Below are positions 8,911 to 18,427 of a DNA stretch of 28,352 nt, in pieces (positions within the stretch are counted from its first letter, which is position 1; each line of letters opens with the position of its first letter). Source of the stretch: Thermodesulfobacteriota bacterium (GTDB lineage: Bacteria; Desulfobacterota_D; UBA1144; Nemesobacterales; N074bin48); assembly GCA_041572575.1 (NCBI GenBank), contig JBFFSH010000030.1, positions 1 to 28,352 of the forward strand, given 5' to 3'. The notes under the pieces were generated by a model. The model had not been told where the DNA came from. It was given only the letters and a program-made list of their open reading frames with translations, and made no database searches. The position numbers and the translations under genes were made by a program.

Positions 8911-9711
8911 TTAAACCCGGTAGCAGGCCTTACTAAGTTTTTTAGTGAAATCCCCCATTTGTTGTAATAGAGCCTTGTTATTATAACCATTTTTTTCAAT
9001 AATTTTAACAAGTGCACTGCCTACGATAACTGCATCTGAATAACCCGCAAGCTCCTTTGCCTGCTTGGCGCTGGAAACACCAAAACCAACCCCGACCGGT
9101 AGATCCGAACTATTTCTAATCTCTGAGATCAGGGGTTGTAAACTATAGTTCATCCCTGGTCTTGCTCCTGTAACTCCCGTAACAGATACCAAGTATATAA
9201 ACCCTGAGCCATTATCTGATATCATCTTGATTCTTTCCTTAGTGCTTGTAGGTGCTAATAAAAATACTAAGTCGAGTTTATTCTTATCGAGCTGTTTCTT
9301 AAACTCTGAAGATTCTTCAGGAGGAAGATCTACTACCAAAACGCCATCTACGCCCGCTTTTTTAGCATCTTTTGCAAATTTTCCAAGACCGTAGATATAA
9401 AATGGATTGTAATAACCAAAGAGTATAATAGGAATGTCTGTTTTTTTTCTGATTTCAGTTACAAGTTTTAGTATTTTAGTAAGTGTTGTTCCGCTCTTAA
9501 TGGCCCTTTCCGATGCAAGCTGTATAGCCGGGCCGTCTGCCATTGGATCTGAAAATGGTATGCCCAGCTCTATGATGTCGGCACCGCTGTTTTCAAGCTT
9601 AAAAATTATATCTTTAGTAAGTTTAAGATTTGGATCACCAGCAGTGATGTATGTTATAAGAGCAGCCTTATTAATTTCTTTTAGCTTATTAAATGTGGAT
9701 TTGATTCTCAT
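8911..9711 (-). CDS. trpA: Tryptophan synthase alpha chain
   Basis: YITAGDP, ELGIPFSDPMADGPAIQ, VDLPPEE, GVTGAR, VGFGVS, VIVGSA. Confidence 0.98.
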   Translation of the reverse strand: MRIKSTFNKLKEINKAALITYITAGDPNLKLTKDIIFKLENSGADIIELGIPFSDPMADGPAIQLASERAIKSGTTLTKILKLVTEIRKKTDIPIILFGYYNPFYIYGLGKFAKDAKKAGVDGVLVVDLPPEESSEFKKQLDKNKLDLVFLLAPTSTKERIKMISDNGSGFIYLVSVTGVTGARPGMNYSLQPLISEIRNSSDLPVGVGFGVSSAKQAKELAGYSDAVIVGSALVKIIEKNGYNNKALLQQMGDFTKKLSKACYRV

Positions 9712-9752
9712 AGTCAGGGTTTTCTTATATGCAGAAACATAAATAAATTAAA

Positions 9753-9768
9753 TGCAAAAAGAATGCCA
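9753..9768 (-). promoter_or_regulatory. Candidate internal sigma54 promoter upstream of trpA
   Basis: Minus strand reads TGGCATTCTTTTTGCA, fitting TGGCAY-N5-TTGCW. It sits in the 135-nt trpB-trpA gap, oriented toward trpA, 41 nt before its ATG. Confidence 0.7.
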
Positions 9769-9846
9769 ATATTGGTATAGTTGCTTTTTAGAAGGGTTTA
9801 AATCTAACTGTATACAAGCTTAAGTCAATATTGAAAAATAAATGTA

Positions 9847-11061
9847 CTATTGATGAATTTTACCGTCTTTATCAAAATATTCATTTACACTAAGTATGTC
9901 CTTATCGCCTCTTCCTGAAAGACATACAACGATTACAGAGTCTTTAGGCATTTTGGGTGCGATTTTAATAACATGAGCAATGGCATGAGAGGTTTCTAAA
10001 GCAGGAATTATACCTTCTACTTCTGACAGATACTTAAAGGCCTGCAACGCTTCAGTATCACTTACTGATTTATATGAGATTAGTTTTTGATCATTGAAAT
10101 AAGAGTGCTCAGGACCTACTCCGGGATAATCGAGTCCTGCGGCAATCGAGTGCGCTCCTTTAACTAGGCCATCATCGTCTTGAAGCACATATGTTTTACT
10201 GCCGTGAAGTACACCCACTTTACCCTTACTTATGCTTGCCGAGTGTCTGTCTGTTTTTATTCCTTCTCCTGCAGCCTCAATTCCTACTTTTTTGACATGT
10301 TTGTCCTGGATAAAAGGAAAGAAAAGTCCCATTGCATTAGATCCTCCTCCCACACAAGCCACTAGCAGATCAGGTAGTCTTCCTTCTTTTTGTATTATTT
10401 GTTTCCTGGCCTCATTTCCTATTACTGATTGAAAATCTCTTACCATCATAGGGTAGGGGTGAGGTCCTGCTACACTGCCTATAATATAAAAAGTATTTCT
10501 CACATTAGTAACCCAGTCTCTCATGGCTTCGTTCATGGCATCTTTTAGAGTTTGGGTGCCAGAGTTTACTTCTTTTACATTTGCTCCCAGAAGCTTCATC
10601 CTGAATACATTGAGTGCCTGTCTCTTGGTGTCTTCAAGTCCCATATAAACATCACATTCCATATCAAGCAGAGCTGCTACTGTAGCTGTTGCTACTCCAT
10701 GCTGTCCTGCTCCGGTTTCGGCAATCACTCTTTTCTTGTTCATTTTTGCGGCAAGAAGAGCCTGTCCAATAGTATTATTTATTTTATGTGCACCGGTATG
10801 AGCAAGGTCTTCTCTTTTAAGATATATCTTAGCTCCACCCAGTTTTTCGGTCATTCTGGCTGCAAAATAAAGAGGGGTGGGCCTGCCTACATATTCTTTT
10901 AAGTAATAATCAACCTCTTTTTTAAAGCTTTTATCATTTTTTATCTTATTATAAGCCTGTTCCAGCTCCAGTAGTGCTGGAATCAGAGTTTCAGATACAT
11001 ACCTGCCGCCAAACTGTCCAAAGTGCCCAAGTTTATCGGGATACTTGTATTTATTTTGCAT
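9847..11061 (-). CDS. trpB: Tryptophan synthase beta chain (TrpB1)
   Basis: [27 protein letters not shown] (PLP Lys), [29 protein letters not shown]. Likely start is ATG 11061, overlapping the trpF stop. Confidence 0.98.
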   Translation of the reverse strand: MQNKYKYPDKLGHFGQFGGRYVSETLIPALLELEQAYNKIKNDKSFKKEVDYYLKEYVGRPTPLYFAARMTEKLGGAKIYLKREDLAHTGAHKINNTIGQALLAAKMNKKRVIAETGAGQHGVATATVAALLDMECDVYMGLEDTKRQALNVFRMKLLGANVKEVNSGTQTLKDAMNEAMRDWVTNVRNTFYIIGSVAGPHPYPMMVRDFQSVIGNEARKQIIQKEGRLPDLLVACVGGGSNAMGLFFPFIQDKHVKKVGIEAAGEGIKTDRHSASISKGKVGVLHGSKTYVLQDDDGLVKGAHSIAAGLDYPGVGPEHSYFNDQKLISYKSVSDTEALQAFKYLSEVEGIIPALETSHAIAHVIKIAPKMPKDSVIVVCLSGRGDKDILSVNEYFDKDGKIHQ

Positions 11062-11665
11062 TTTTAACAACCTCAATAAATTCTTTTATTTTCTTATGAT
11101 CTTTAATCCCTGCAGATTTTTCAACCCCTGAGCTTACATCAACTGCATATGGTTTTACAGTCTTTACAGCCATACCAACATTTTGCGGATTTAATCCCCC
11201 GGAGAGTATAATCTTTTTATCAGTTTTCAATTTTCTTAAAATATTCCAGTCAAAAACTCTGCCGGTTCCACCATAATCTGCACTCGAGTATGTGTCGAAA
11301 AGAATAGCCTGAGTGCCAAAAGAATCAACCTTTTCTAGGTCTTGATGATCTTTAATCCTTAAGGCTTTTATGACTACAGGCAGAAATCTTTTACAAAAAG
11401 CAGGAGTTTCGTCGCCATGCAGCTGAATTGCGTTAATCGATAATGTCTTGGATATTTTGGTTATATTGGTATATGAAGAATTTACAAATACGCCCACTTT
11501 GGTTACGAAAGGGGGTAATTGTTTTATAATATTTAAAGCTTCGGAGGGTTCAATATATCTTTTGCTTTTTTTATAAAAGATAAATCCCAGGGCATCTGCA
11601 CCATAGTCCAGACTCTTTGAAGCATCTTTATAATTAGTGATTCCGCAAATTTTAACTTTGGTCAT
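11051..11665 (-). CDS. trpF: Phosphoribosylanthranilate isomerase
   Basis: [39 protein letters not shown]. Confidence 0.98.
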   Translation of the reverse strand: MTKVKICGITNYKDASKSLDYGADALGFIFYKKSKRYIEPSEALNIIKQLPPFVTKVGVFVNSSYTNITKISKTLSINAIQLHGDETPAFCKRFLPVVIKALRIKDHQDLEKVDSFGTQAILFDTYSSADYGGTGRVFDWNILRKLKTDKKIILSGGLNPQNVGMAVKTVKPYAVDVSSGVEKSAGIKDHKKIKEFIEVVKNAK

Positions 11666-11721
11666 AGTATGTTTTCACATACTATAACCAAAGATTTATT
11701 TGTTAGATAGTAGGTTTTGTA

Positions 11722-12693
11722 CTACTTGTCAGATTTTGTAAAATATTTGCTAAGGTCGAGTGATCTTGTATGGCTTAATCTTGATCTTCTGTTTAACTGA
11801 TATACTTCTTTTGTCTTTTCAGCTCCATACATATCAGTTTCCCCTCTTCCTACCGATATAATTCTGTCTCTTTCTACACCCTGTTCAATCAGGAACTGTC
11901 TTGTCATGTCAGCTCTGTTCTGAGCAAGTCTGTGATTATATTGCTGAGTACCTCTTATATCTGCAAAAGATTCAACAAGAAAAGTTACATCAGGGTTATC
12001 CTTTATGATCTGTGCATTTTCCATAAGAATAGGTTTTGCATCGTCTCTTATCTCAAATCTGTTAAAATCAAAGAATATGACTTTTAGGTTAAGATCAAGA
12101 TCATCAGGCATTGGTGGGGGTGGAGGAGCTGCAATCATAGGTGGATATAAAATACCGTGCATATCTGAAAACAGGCCTTTTTCAAACTCACCGTTTGATC
12201 TTACGCTTCCAATATATCCTATTTTATAGCTGTAATAAGGTTCAATCTTATAGTTTGCCTTTACTTTGGTATGATTATCATCTACAGGTATGAACTTTAA
12301 ATTTAGTGTTTCCCTTACAAACTTAGGATCCATCTCAGTAGTCTTTTCATAATATGAAATAGATCTTAAATAAGGTTTTATGAATGATTCCTCAATGTCC
12401 TGGTTTGTAGGCTCAACATATATCCTGCTCAGCATATCAAATTCCGGAGTGTATACGAATGAGGGCTGTAGATGTATTTCACCTTTTTCCTTGTCAGCCT
12501 TTTTAATGTCCCAATTAGTATTTTCCAGTGAATTTAATGCCGCAGACCAGACTTCATCGTAGCCTTTGTCGTAGTCCATTTCAACATTTTTATATTTGTC
12601 ATGCCGGTGAGTATCAACAGCAAAGTGTCCATGACACGAAACGACTGCCATGGCAACCAGTAAAAAGGTAATTTTAATACTTAATGATTTCAT
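11722..12693 (-). CDS. OmpA-family (Pal-like) lipoprotein with an extra N-terminal domain and a Pro-rich linker
   Basis: AGGAGG RBS before ATG 12693; lipobox VVS-C at residue 20; PPPPPP linker; OmpA_C motifs IFFDFN, ADIRG..YN..L..NRA, GRGE, NRR. Confidence 0.88.
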   Translation of the reverse strand: MKSLSIKITFLLVAMAVVSCHGHFAVDTHRHDKYKNVEMDYDKGYDEVWSAALNSLENTNWDIKKADKEKGEIHLQPSFVYTPEFDMLSRIYVEPTNQDIEESFIKPYLRSISYYEKTTEMDPKFVRETLNLKFIPVDDNHTKVKANYKIEPYYSYKIGYIGSVRSNGEFEKGLFSDMHGILYPPMIAAPPPPPMPDDLDLNLKVIFFDFNRFEIRDDAKPILMENAQIIKDNPDVTFLVESFADIRGTQQYNHRLAQNRADMTRQFLIEQGVERDRIISVGRGETDMYGAEKTKEVYQLNRRSRLSHTRSLDLSKYFTKSDK

Positions 12694-12707
12694 CGTCCTC
12701 CCTCCTG

Positions 12708-13088
12708 TTAGAAAAATACACAAGATTTTGCTAATTCTTTACTTTTTGTTTGATATATATGTACACATAGTGGCTGTCTCATTGCCGTTTTACCTCTCTC
12801 GGCAAGAGTTTTAGCAAGATTCTGGGCTTTTTTAATGTTTGGTGGAGAACCTACAGCTTTTGAAGAGGTTCTGATCCAAAGTGAAACTGGTGATTCCCAG
12901 CTTACGCTCATAATTCCGGGAAGCCCTCTGAGTATAGAAGTAAAGTGCTTTTGAGAAGCTGTAAGAGAAAACTCATCAGCGGCACCTGCCTTATCAGCTA
13001 ATATGTGAAAACAAAATATGAATTGTACTATAATTAGTACAGTCAGATTCTGCTTAATCTTTATTTCATTCATCATTTGTTGCTTCAA
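12708..13088 (-). CDS. Small exported hypothetical protein
   Basis: Hydrophobic N-terminal segment ending AGA-A; two C-terminal Cys; stop abuts the RBS of the OmpA gene. Start uncertain (TTG 13088 or ATG 13076/13073). Confidence 0.65.
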   Translation of the reverse strand: MKQQMMNEIKIKQNLTVLIIVQFIFCFHILADKAGAADEFSLTASQKHFTSILRGLPGIMSVSWESPVSLWIRTSSKAVGSPPNIKKAQNLAKTLAERGKTAMRQPLCVHIYQTKSKELAKSCVFF

Positions 13089-13269
13089 ATGCTATTAAAT
13101 TTTACTAAATTATAAAACTTAACTTTAACTATAACACATAACTACTTTAATTTAAATAACTTTTTTCTAATTATATAATAAACCTAAATAGTAATCAAGT
13201 GTTTTTTTTGAAACAAATTTGAGGCTTATTGGTTAATATATTTAAAAACATTTAAAAAGGAGAGTCTAA

Positions 13270-13845
13270 ATGGAACCTATTCTTGCAATTTTAGTAGGTA
13301 TTGGCCTTGCCGCAGCCACGGGATTTAGGATTTTCGTTCCATTTTTAGTTATAAGTGTTGCGGCAAATTCAGGGCATTTAACCCTTGCCGAAGGATTTGA
13401 ATGGATTGGAACAGAGGTTGCGATCGGGACATTCCTGGTAGCAACAATTTTGGAAATAAGCGCATATTATGTGCCGGTTTTGGATAATGTGCTTGATTCA
13501 GTGGCTACACCAGCGTCATTTATTGCAGGTACTATTGTAATGGCATCCATGGTATCTGATTTTAGCCCTTATCTTCAGTGGGCACTTGCAATAATAGCAG
13601 GAGGTGGAATAGCAGCATCGGTACAGAGCTTGACCGCGATCACAAGGCTAACATCAACAGCTACTACAGGTGGGCTTGGAAACCCTCTTTTTTCTACTGC
13701 TGAAGCTGGTGGTTCAACATTACTATCGATTGCTGCAATATTTATCCCGATAGTAGCATTCCTGTTTGTTGTTGGGCTTCTATATTTTGTTTATAAAAAG
13801 ATAATCCTCAGGCTTTTTAGAAAGCCTGAGAGTGGGCTTACTTAA
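13270..13845 (+). CDS. DUF4126-family membrane protein
   Basis: GIGLAAATGFRIFVP, LEI.AYYVP.LDN.LD, GGLGNP..STAE; AAGGAG RBS. Confidence 0.88.
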   Translation: MEPILAILVGIGLAAATGFRIFVPFLVISVAANSGHLTLAEGFEWIGTEVAIGTFLVATILEISAYYVPVLDNVLDSVATPASFIAGTIVMASMVSDFSPYLQWALAIIAGGGIAASVQSLTAITRLTSTATTGGLGNPLFSTAEAGGSTLLSIAAIFIPIVAFLFVVGLLYFVYKKIILRLFRKPESGLT

Positions 13846-14116
13846 ACTCTCTGTACTGTTCAATAATTTTTTCTTCTTCAGTTTCTAAACCCATAATATA
13901 CCAAAAATCTTCTGCGTCTTTGGCATAATCCTCGGCTTTCATTTGGTAGTCGTATTTTAGGTTATTACAAAATTCTTTATTCTTTTTAGCTCTTTTTAAG
14001 CAGTCTTTATATTTAATTTCAGCTTCTGTCATATCTTGATAGCTGTATGGAACGCAACTTGTGTTTAAAACTGCTAGAGTAATTATAAAAAGTAGTGATA
14101 GTAATGTCTTATACAT
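13838..14116 (-). CDS. Small hypothetical lipoprotein
   Basis: Signal peptide ending LNTS-C; C-X10-C pair in a helical region; starts 16 nt after the hemY stop. Confidence 0.7.
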   Translation of the reverse strand: MYKTLLSLLFIITLAVLNTSCVPYSYQDMTEAEIKYKDCLKRAKKNKEFCNNLKYDYQMKAEDYAKDAEDFWYIMGLETEEEKIIEQYREFK

Positions 14117-14132
14117 TGCTATAAGTATAGCT

Positions 14133-15533
14133 TTAATTTGAAGAATTGTTCTTAATGATATTTTCAGCAGCTACCTCACCCCATCTTATACAATCAGGTA
14201 TTCCTACCCCTTCATAGGAGTTGCCTGCTAGCTGTAGACTGGGATGATTGGACATGAGTTTTTCTATATTAGATAAGATTTCAGAATGTCCAACATTGTA
14301 TTGGGGCATAGAGTTAGGGTAGCGTTTTAGGTGTGTGAACTCTGGTTCACAATTAATATGCAAAATAGTTCTAAGCTCTTCTTTTATAATATCGATAATC
14401 TCATTGTCATTATTGTTAAGAAATTTCTTGTTTAGTGCGCCACCTACAAAACACCTCAGCAGCACTGTATCCCTTGGCGCTCTTCCAGGGAATTTTTCAC
14501 TGCTATATGAGCAGGCGATAATATTCAAGTTTTCTTTTGCCGGTACTACAAATCCAAAACCGGCCAAATTATTTTTTATTTCTTCTTTTTTATAGCCAAG
14601 GATTACTATTGAAGATGATGCGAATTCTATCTTTGATAACTCTTCAGACAGAGCGGGGTCTGATGAACTGAGGATATTTGCTGATATATAAGATGATGTG
14701 GCTAATATAATTCCATCGGCAAAATATTTATCACCTTTTTCAGTCTCAACCTTCCATCTTTTTTTTGTTTTCTTGATTTTATGAACTGTCTTATTGGTAA
14801 TGATAGAGTTTTTTGGAATTTTAGAAATAATTGAATCAACGAGTGTCTGCATTCCATTTTTTAGTGTAACAAACTGGCTATACCTTGCTCCGCTTTCCTT
14901 CTGCCCTCCATATTGATTTATAAGCCCCTTTATTATACTTCCGTATTTATGCTCGAGATTATATATATTTGGCATGGCAGACTTAATGCTAAGCTTGTAC
15001 GGATCAGAAGTATATATTCCTCCAATAAGCGGCTGGGCGATATTTTCAAACATCTCCTTTCCAAATCTCCTGGTGACAAATGACTCAAGACTCTCGTCCT
15101 CGTTTCCAGATGATTTAGGGATAACCAATTCCATTAGCGCTCTTAGCTTTCCCATAAGGCTTAGAATAGGGGAGGTTATAAAAGGTAATATTTTGGTTGG
15201 TGATAAAAGAATAAAGCCTTCAGGAAGCTCAACCAGTCTTTTGTTTAGGTATATAAGCGTTCTTCGGTTATTTTCGGATGTGGATATGATATCTTTTTCA
15301 AGTCCAAGCCTTCTACAAAGGTTCAGAGCATACGGCTTTGAGGTAATGAATGAGTCAGGTCCTTCCTCTATGAGCAGGCCATCTTTTTTAAGTGTGGAAA
15401 TATTACCGCCAAGTCTGGTAGAGCTTTCTAGTAATTCAATTTTTATATTAAGATCATTTTCTTTATTTAATTCAATTAATCTGTGTGCAGCTGCAAGACC
15501 TGTTATCCCGCCGCCAATAATAATGATTTTCAT
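14133..15533 (-). CDS. hemY: HemY-type FAD-dependent proto/coproporphyrinogen oxidase
   Basis: IIGGGITGLAAA FAD site, EEGPDSF, GFGFVVP, KFPGRAP, MPQYNVGH, GVGIPDCI. Confidence 0.95.
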   Translation of the reverse strand: MKIIIIGGGITGLAAAHRLIELNKENDLNIKIELLESSTRLGGNISTLKKDGLLIEEGPDSFITSKPYALNLCRRLGLEKDIISTSENNRRTLIYLNKRLVELPEGFILLSPTKILPFITSPILSLMGKLRALMELVIPKSSGNEDESLESFVTRRFGKEMFENIAQPLIGGIYTSDPYKLSIKSAMPNIYNLEHKYGSIIKGLINQYGGQKESGARYSQFVTLKNGMQTLVDSIISKIPKNSIITNKTVHKIKKTKKRWKVETEKGDKYFADGIILATSSYISANILSSSDPALSEELSKIEFASSSIVILGYKKEEIKNNLAGFGFVVPAKENLNIIACSYSSEKFPGRAPRDTVLLRCFVGGALNKKFLNNNDNEIIDIIKEELRTILHINCEPEFTHLKRYPNSMPQYNVGHSEILSNIEKLMSNHPSLQLAGNSYEGVGIPDCIRWGEVAAENIIKNNSSN

Positions 15534-15536
15534 ATA

Positions 15537-16472
15537 TCAAGATGATTCGATTAATTTGATTACTGAATTTGCAAGACCTTTTAAAAACTTGGGGTCGTCA
15601 TTTACAGTGTTTGCCCTGTGCATCTTTATGCCGTGATGGCGGCAGACCTGGAATGCTTCGATACCAATATCATACATCACTTCTACATGGTCACATATAA
15701 ATCCTATTGGCTGAATAATCACATGCTTAATTTTCTTTTCCTGCTCGGCAAGTTCATCTATCACATCACACACATCGGGCTCAAGCCATGGGTCTGATGG
15801 CCTGCCGCTTCTGCTTTGATAGCATAGCAGCCAGTCTTCATGTTCAACTTTTTCTGCGATTAGTTTAGCACTAGTCTCCAGCTGCTGCACATATGGGGAG
15901 TCCTCTGCCATGGGAACGGGTATGCTGTGAGCCGTAAAAATAATTTTTGTGTCTGACCGTTCTTCATCTGGTATCTCATAAAAGCTTCTGGCAATTTGAT
16001 CGGCACAGCTCTCAATAAAAAGCGGGTTATCAAACTGGGGCTCAATGTATTCAATATTCAGATCGATGTCAGTATCTTCTTTTGCCTGTTCTATATCTCT
16101 CATATATTTTTCCCAGCTTGCATCGCACTTGTGGGCAGCAAGAATTATCCCCACTGAGTTAAGGGTCTGCTCCCTCTTCATTATCCTAAGGGTGTCAGGT
16201 ATAAAGGGGTCCCAGTTTCTCATTCCTATAAACACGGGGAGGTCATGCCCCATAGCAGCAAGCTGATGTTCAAGACCTATTGCCTGCCTGTAGGTTAATT
16301 CGTTTAGGGGAGATTTGCCCCCTATAAGCTCATAGTGATGAGCGACATCCTCCAATCTGCTTCTGGGAATGTTGAACCCCTTAGCAACGTTTTCTAAAAA
16401 TGGCATTATGTCTTCTGGTTTATCCGGCCCGCCGTAGCCAATCATTAAAATCGAATTAAAATCCTTTCCCAT
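15537..16472 (-). CDS. hemH: Ferrochelatase (probably coproporphyrin ferrochelatase CpfC type)
   Basis: GYGGP, HYELIGGKSPL, GMRNWDP, FTAHSIP, YQSRSG..PWLEPD, PIGFICDHVEVMYD. Confidence 0.95.
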   Translation of the reverse strand: MGKDFNSILMIGYGGPDKPEDIMPFLENVAKGFNIPRSRLEDVAHHYELIGGKSPLNELTYRQAIGLEHQLAAMGHDLPVFIGMRNWDPFIPDTLRIMKREQTLNSVGIILAAHKCDASWEKYMRDIEQAKEDTDIDLNIEYIEPQFDNPLFIESCADQIARSFYEIPDEERSDTKIIFTAHSIPVPMAEDSPYVQQLETSAKLIAEKVEHEDWLLCYQSRSGRPSDPWLEPDVCDVIDELAEQEKKIKHVIIQPIGFICDHVEVMYDIGIEAFQVCRHHGIKMHRANTVNDDPKFLKGLANSVIKLIESS

Positions 16473-16480
16473 ATTTCTCC

Positions 16481-18427
16481 TTATCTGCTTGAATATTCGT
16501 GCACTGCGTCAATAAGAGCCAACACATTATCTGGTGGCGTACCAGGCAGCACTCCATGACCCAAATTGAATATATGACCCCTTCTGCCGTTAACTTTCTT
16601 TAGTAATTCTTTAACTTTTTTTCTAATAATTGAAGGTGTTGAAAACAGCACTATAGGATCAATATTGCCCTGCACAGAGCAAGTATACCCTATTTCTTTC
16701 CATGCCTTATTGATATCCACACGCCAGTCAAATCCAATCACTGTCCCTCCGGCCTGTTTCATTAGTCCGAGCAAACTAGACGTGCCGGTACCAAAGTGAA
16801 CAGTAGGTATGTTTTTATCAATACTGCTAAACAGCGTTTTCATATGCGGAAACACATAGGTTCTATAGTCCCCCGGTGACAAACAACCAATCCATGAATC
16901 GAATAACTGAAGTGCGTCTGCACCTTCTTTTGCCTGTCTGTTCAAATATTTGATCGTTGCATCTGTGAGTACGCTCATTATCTGATGCCACAGATCCGGG
17001 TCTTTATACATAAGGCTCTTTGTAAGCTCAAAGTTTCGGGACGATCCGCCTTCAATTGCATAGGAAGCAAGAGTAAATGGTGCGCCAGCAAATCCTATAA
17101 GTGGTATTTGGGGATTTAGAGCCCTGCGAGTGATTCTAAGGGACTCATACATAAAATCTAATTCGTCTGTATTGAACTCTCTTATTCTTTCTATATTTTT
17201 TTTGGTTCTTAGTGGATTTAATATTTTTGGCCCGTCTGATTTTGTATAAGTAATATTTATTCCAAGCGGCTCTAAAATTAATAATATGTCTGAAAAAATT
17301 ATTGCAGCATCAACCCCTAGCTGATCAACGGCCATTAGTGTGACTTCGGATGAAACTTCTGGAGTTTTGCAAAGATCTAAGAATGTATGGTTAGATCTTA
17401 TTGCTCTATAGTGTCTTGAGAACCTTCCAGCCTGTCTCATGATCCATATAGGAGTGTAATCTGTTTTTTTTCTTCTGCATGCCTTCATAAATTGAGAATT
17501 ATTTGTTATTGCTCTTCTATTTTTATCAGAAATCTTTCCCCAGTTGGTATCTATCCTTTCCCATTTGTTAGTATCGACCCTGTTTTTTGCAGAAGCTCTC
17601 TTTTTAGTTAGTAAGTATTCCGACCTTCTGGCGATCTCTCTCACAAGGTTGCCCATGCGTGAGTTTTCTGGTTCATAATCGGCCTTAATGCCATGGTCAG
17701 TAAGTGCAAGGGAAGTATTTGTCCCAACTGAACCTATTACAACTTTTTTAAATCCCTGCCTGAGTTGCTCATTCAGTTTTAGTTTTTTTGCAAATCTGAA
17801 TATGTTTGCAACCTGCTGGGAGCTTGTGAAAAGACATATATCGATATTCCCTTTGATTATATTATTTACAAGATTTTCCAGATCCTCTGTATCCTTTGGA
17901 AGCTCAGATTTATATACCGGGATACTTAGGACATTTGCCCCACTTTTCTTTAGAGCTCTAATTAATTCACTATTCTTTTTAGAATATTCCTGAATAGCTA
18001 TATTTTTGTTTTCAAGTAAATCTTTATCTGCAAGTACCTTTACTATTTCACGCCATGTGTTGGGTATGGGTTTTGAATAGAGTGGCTTGATTCCTAAATT
18101 CCTTAAAACCGATCTGGATTTAATACCCCTGCCCACTACTGTAATATTATTTAAGAGTTTTTTTGCTGGTTTTGTACCAAACCTCTTCCCAAGGTTTTCC
18201 AAAAGAAGTTTTGTGCCAAATCCTGTAAGAAAAATGATGATATCAATATCCCCATTTTTTAGTTTTATGCACAGCTCTTCAGTCTCCTTTGAACTTTTGG
18301 ATGGCACTTCTACCACAGATTGAGCAATATGTGCAGTACCACCGTGGTATTCTATCAGCCTGCCAATTTCTTTTGATCTTCGGCTCTCAAATGAAGCTAC
18401 ATTTAGATTGTTAAAACTATGTTTCAT
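16481..18427 (-). CDS. hemE: Fused uroporphyrinogen-III synthase (HemD, ~aa 1-270) and uroporphyrinogen decarboxylase (HemE, ~aa 310-648)
   Basis: N-half: FESRR, IFLTG.G, IPVY, LFTSSQQV, SVG..T. C-half: PIWIMRQAGR, IIFSDIL, GFAGAPFTLASY, QLFDSW, QGNIDP, FNLGHG. One uninterrupted frame. Confidence 0.92.
   Translation of the reverse strand: MKHSFNNLNVASFESRRSKEIGRLIEYHGGTAHIAQSVVEVPSKSSKETEELCIKLKNGDIDIIIFLTGFGTKLLLENLGKRFGTKPAKKLLNNITVVGRGIKSRSVLRNLGIKPLYSKPIPNTWREIVKVLADKDLLENKNIAIQEYSKKNSELIRALKKSGANVLSIPVYKSELPKDTEDLENLVNNIIKGNIDICLFTSSQQVANIFRFAKKLKLNEQLRQGFKKVVIGSVGTNTSLALTDHGIKADYEPENSRMGNLVREIARRSEYLLTKKRASAKNRVDTNKWERIDTNWGKISDKNRRAITNNSQFMKACRRKKTDYTPIWIMRQAGRFSRHYRAIRSNHTFLDLCKTPEVSSEVTLMAVDQLGVDAAIIFSDILLILEPLGINITYTKSDGPKILNPLRTKKNIERIREFNTDELDFMYESLRITRRALNPQIPLIGFAGAPFTLASYAIEGGSSRNFELTKSLMYKDPDLWHQIMSVLTDATIKYLNRQAKEGADALQLFDSWIGCLSPGDYRTYVFPHMKTLFSSIDKNIPTVHFGTGTSSLLGLMKQAGGTVIGFDWRVDINKAWKEIGYTCSVQGNIDPIVLFSTPSIIRKKVKELLKKVNGRRGHIFNLGHGVLPGTPPDNVLALIDAVHEYSSR

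Noticed and set aside
11666..11721. trp attenuator or T-box before trpF
   Set aside because: Only 56 nt, with no Trp-codon leader peptide or terminator hairpin.
14974..15636. 220-aa plus-strand ORF and the other antisense or alternate-frame ORFs in the track (e.g. 590-793, 2921-3286, 4175-4573, 24331-24579, 25687-26052)
   Set aside because: They lie over confidently assigned genes, have the Ser/Ile/Phe-rich composition of shadow ORFs, and show no motifs.
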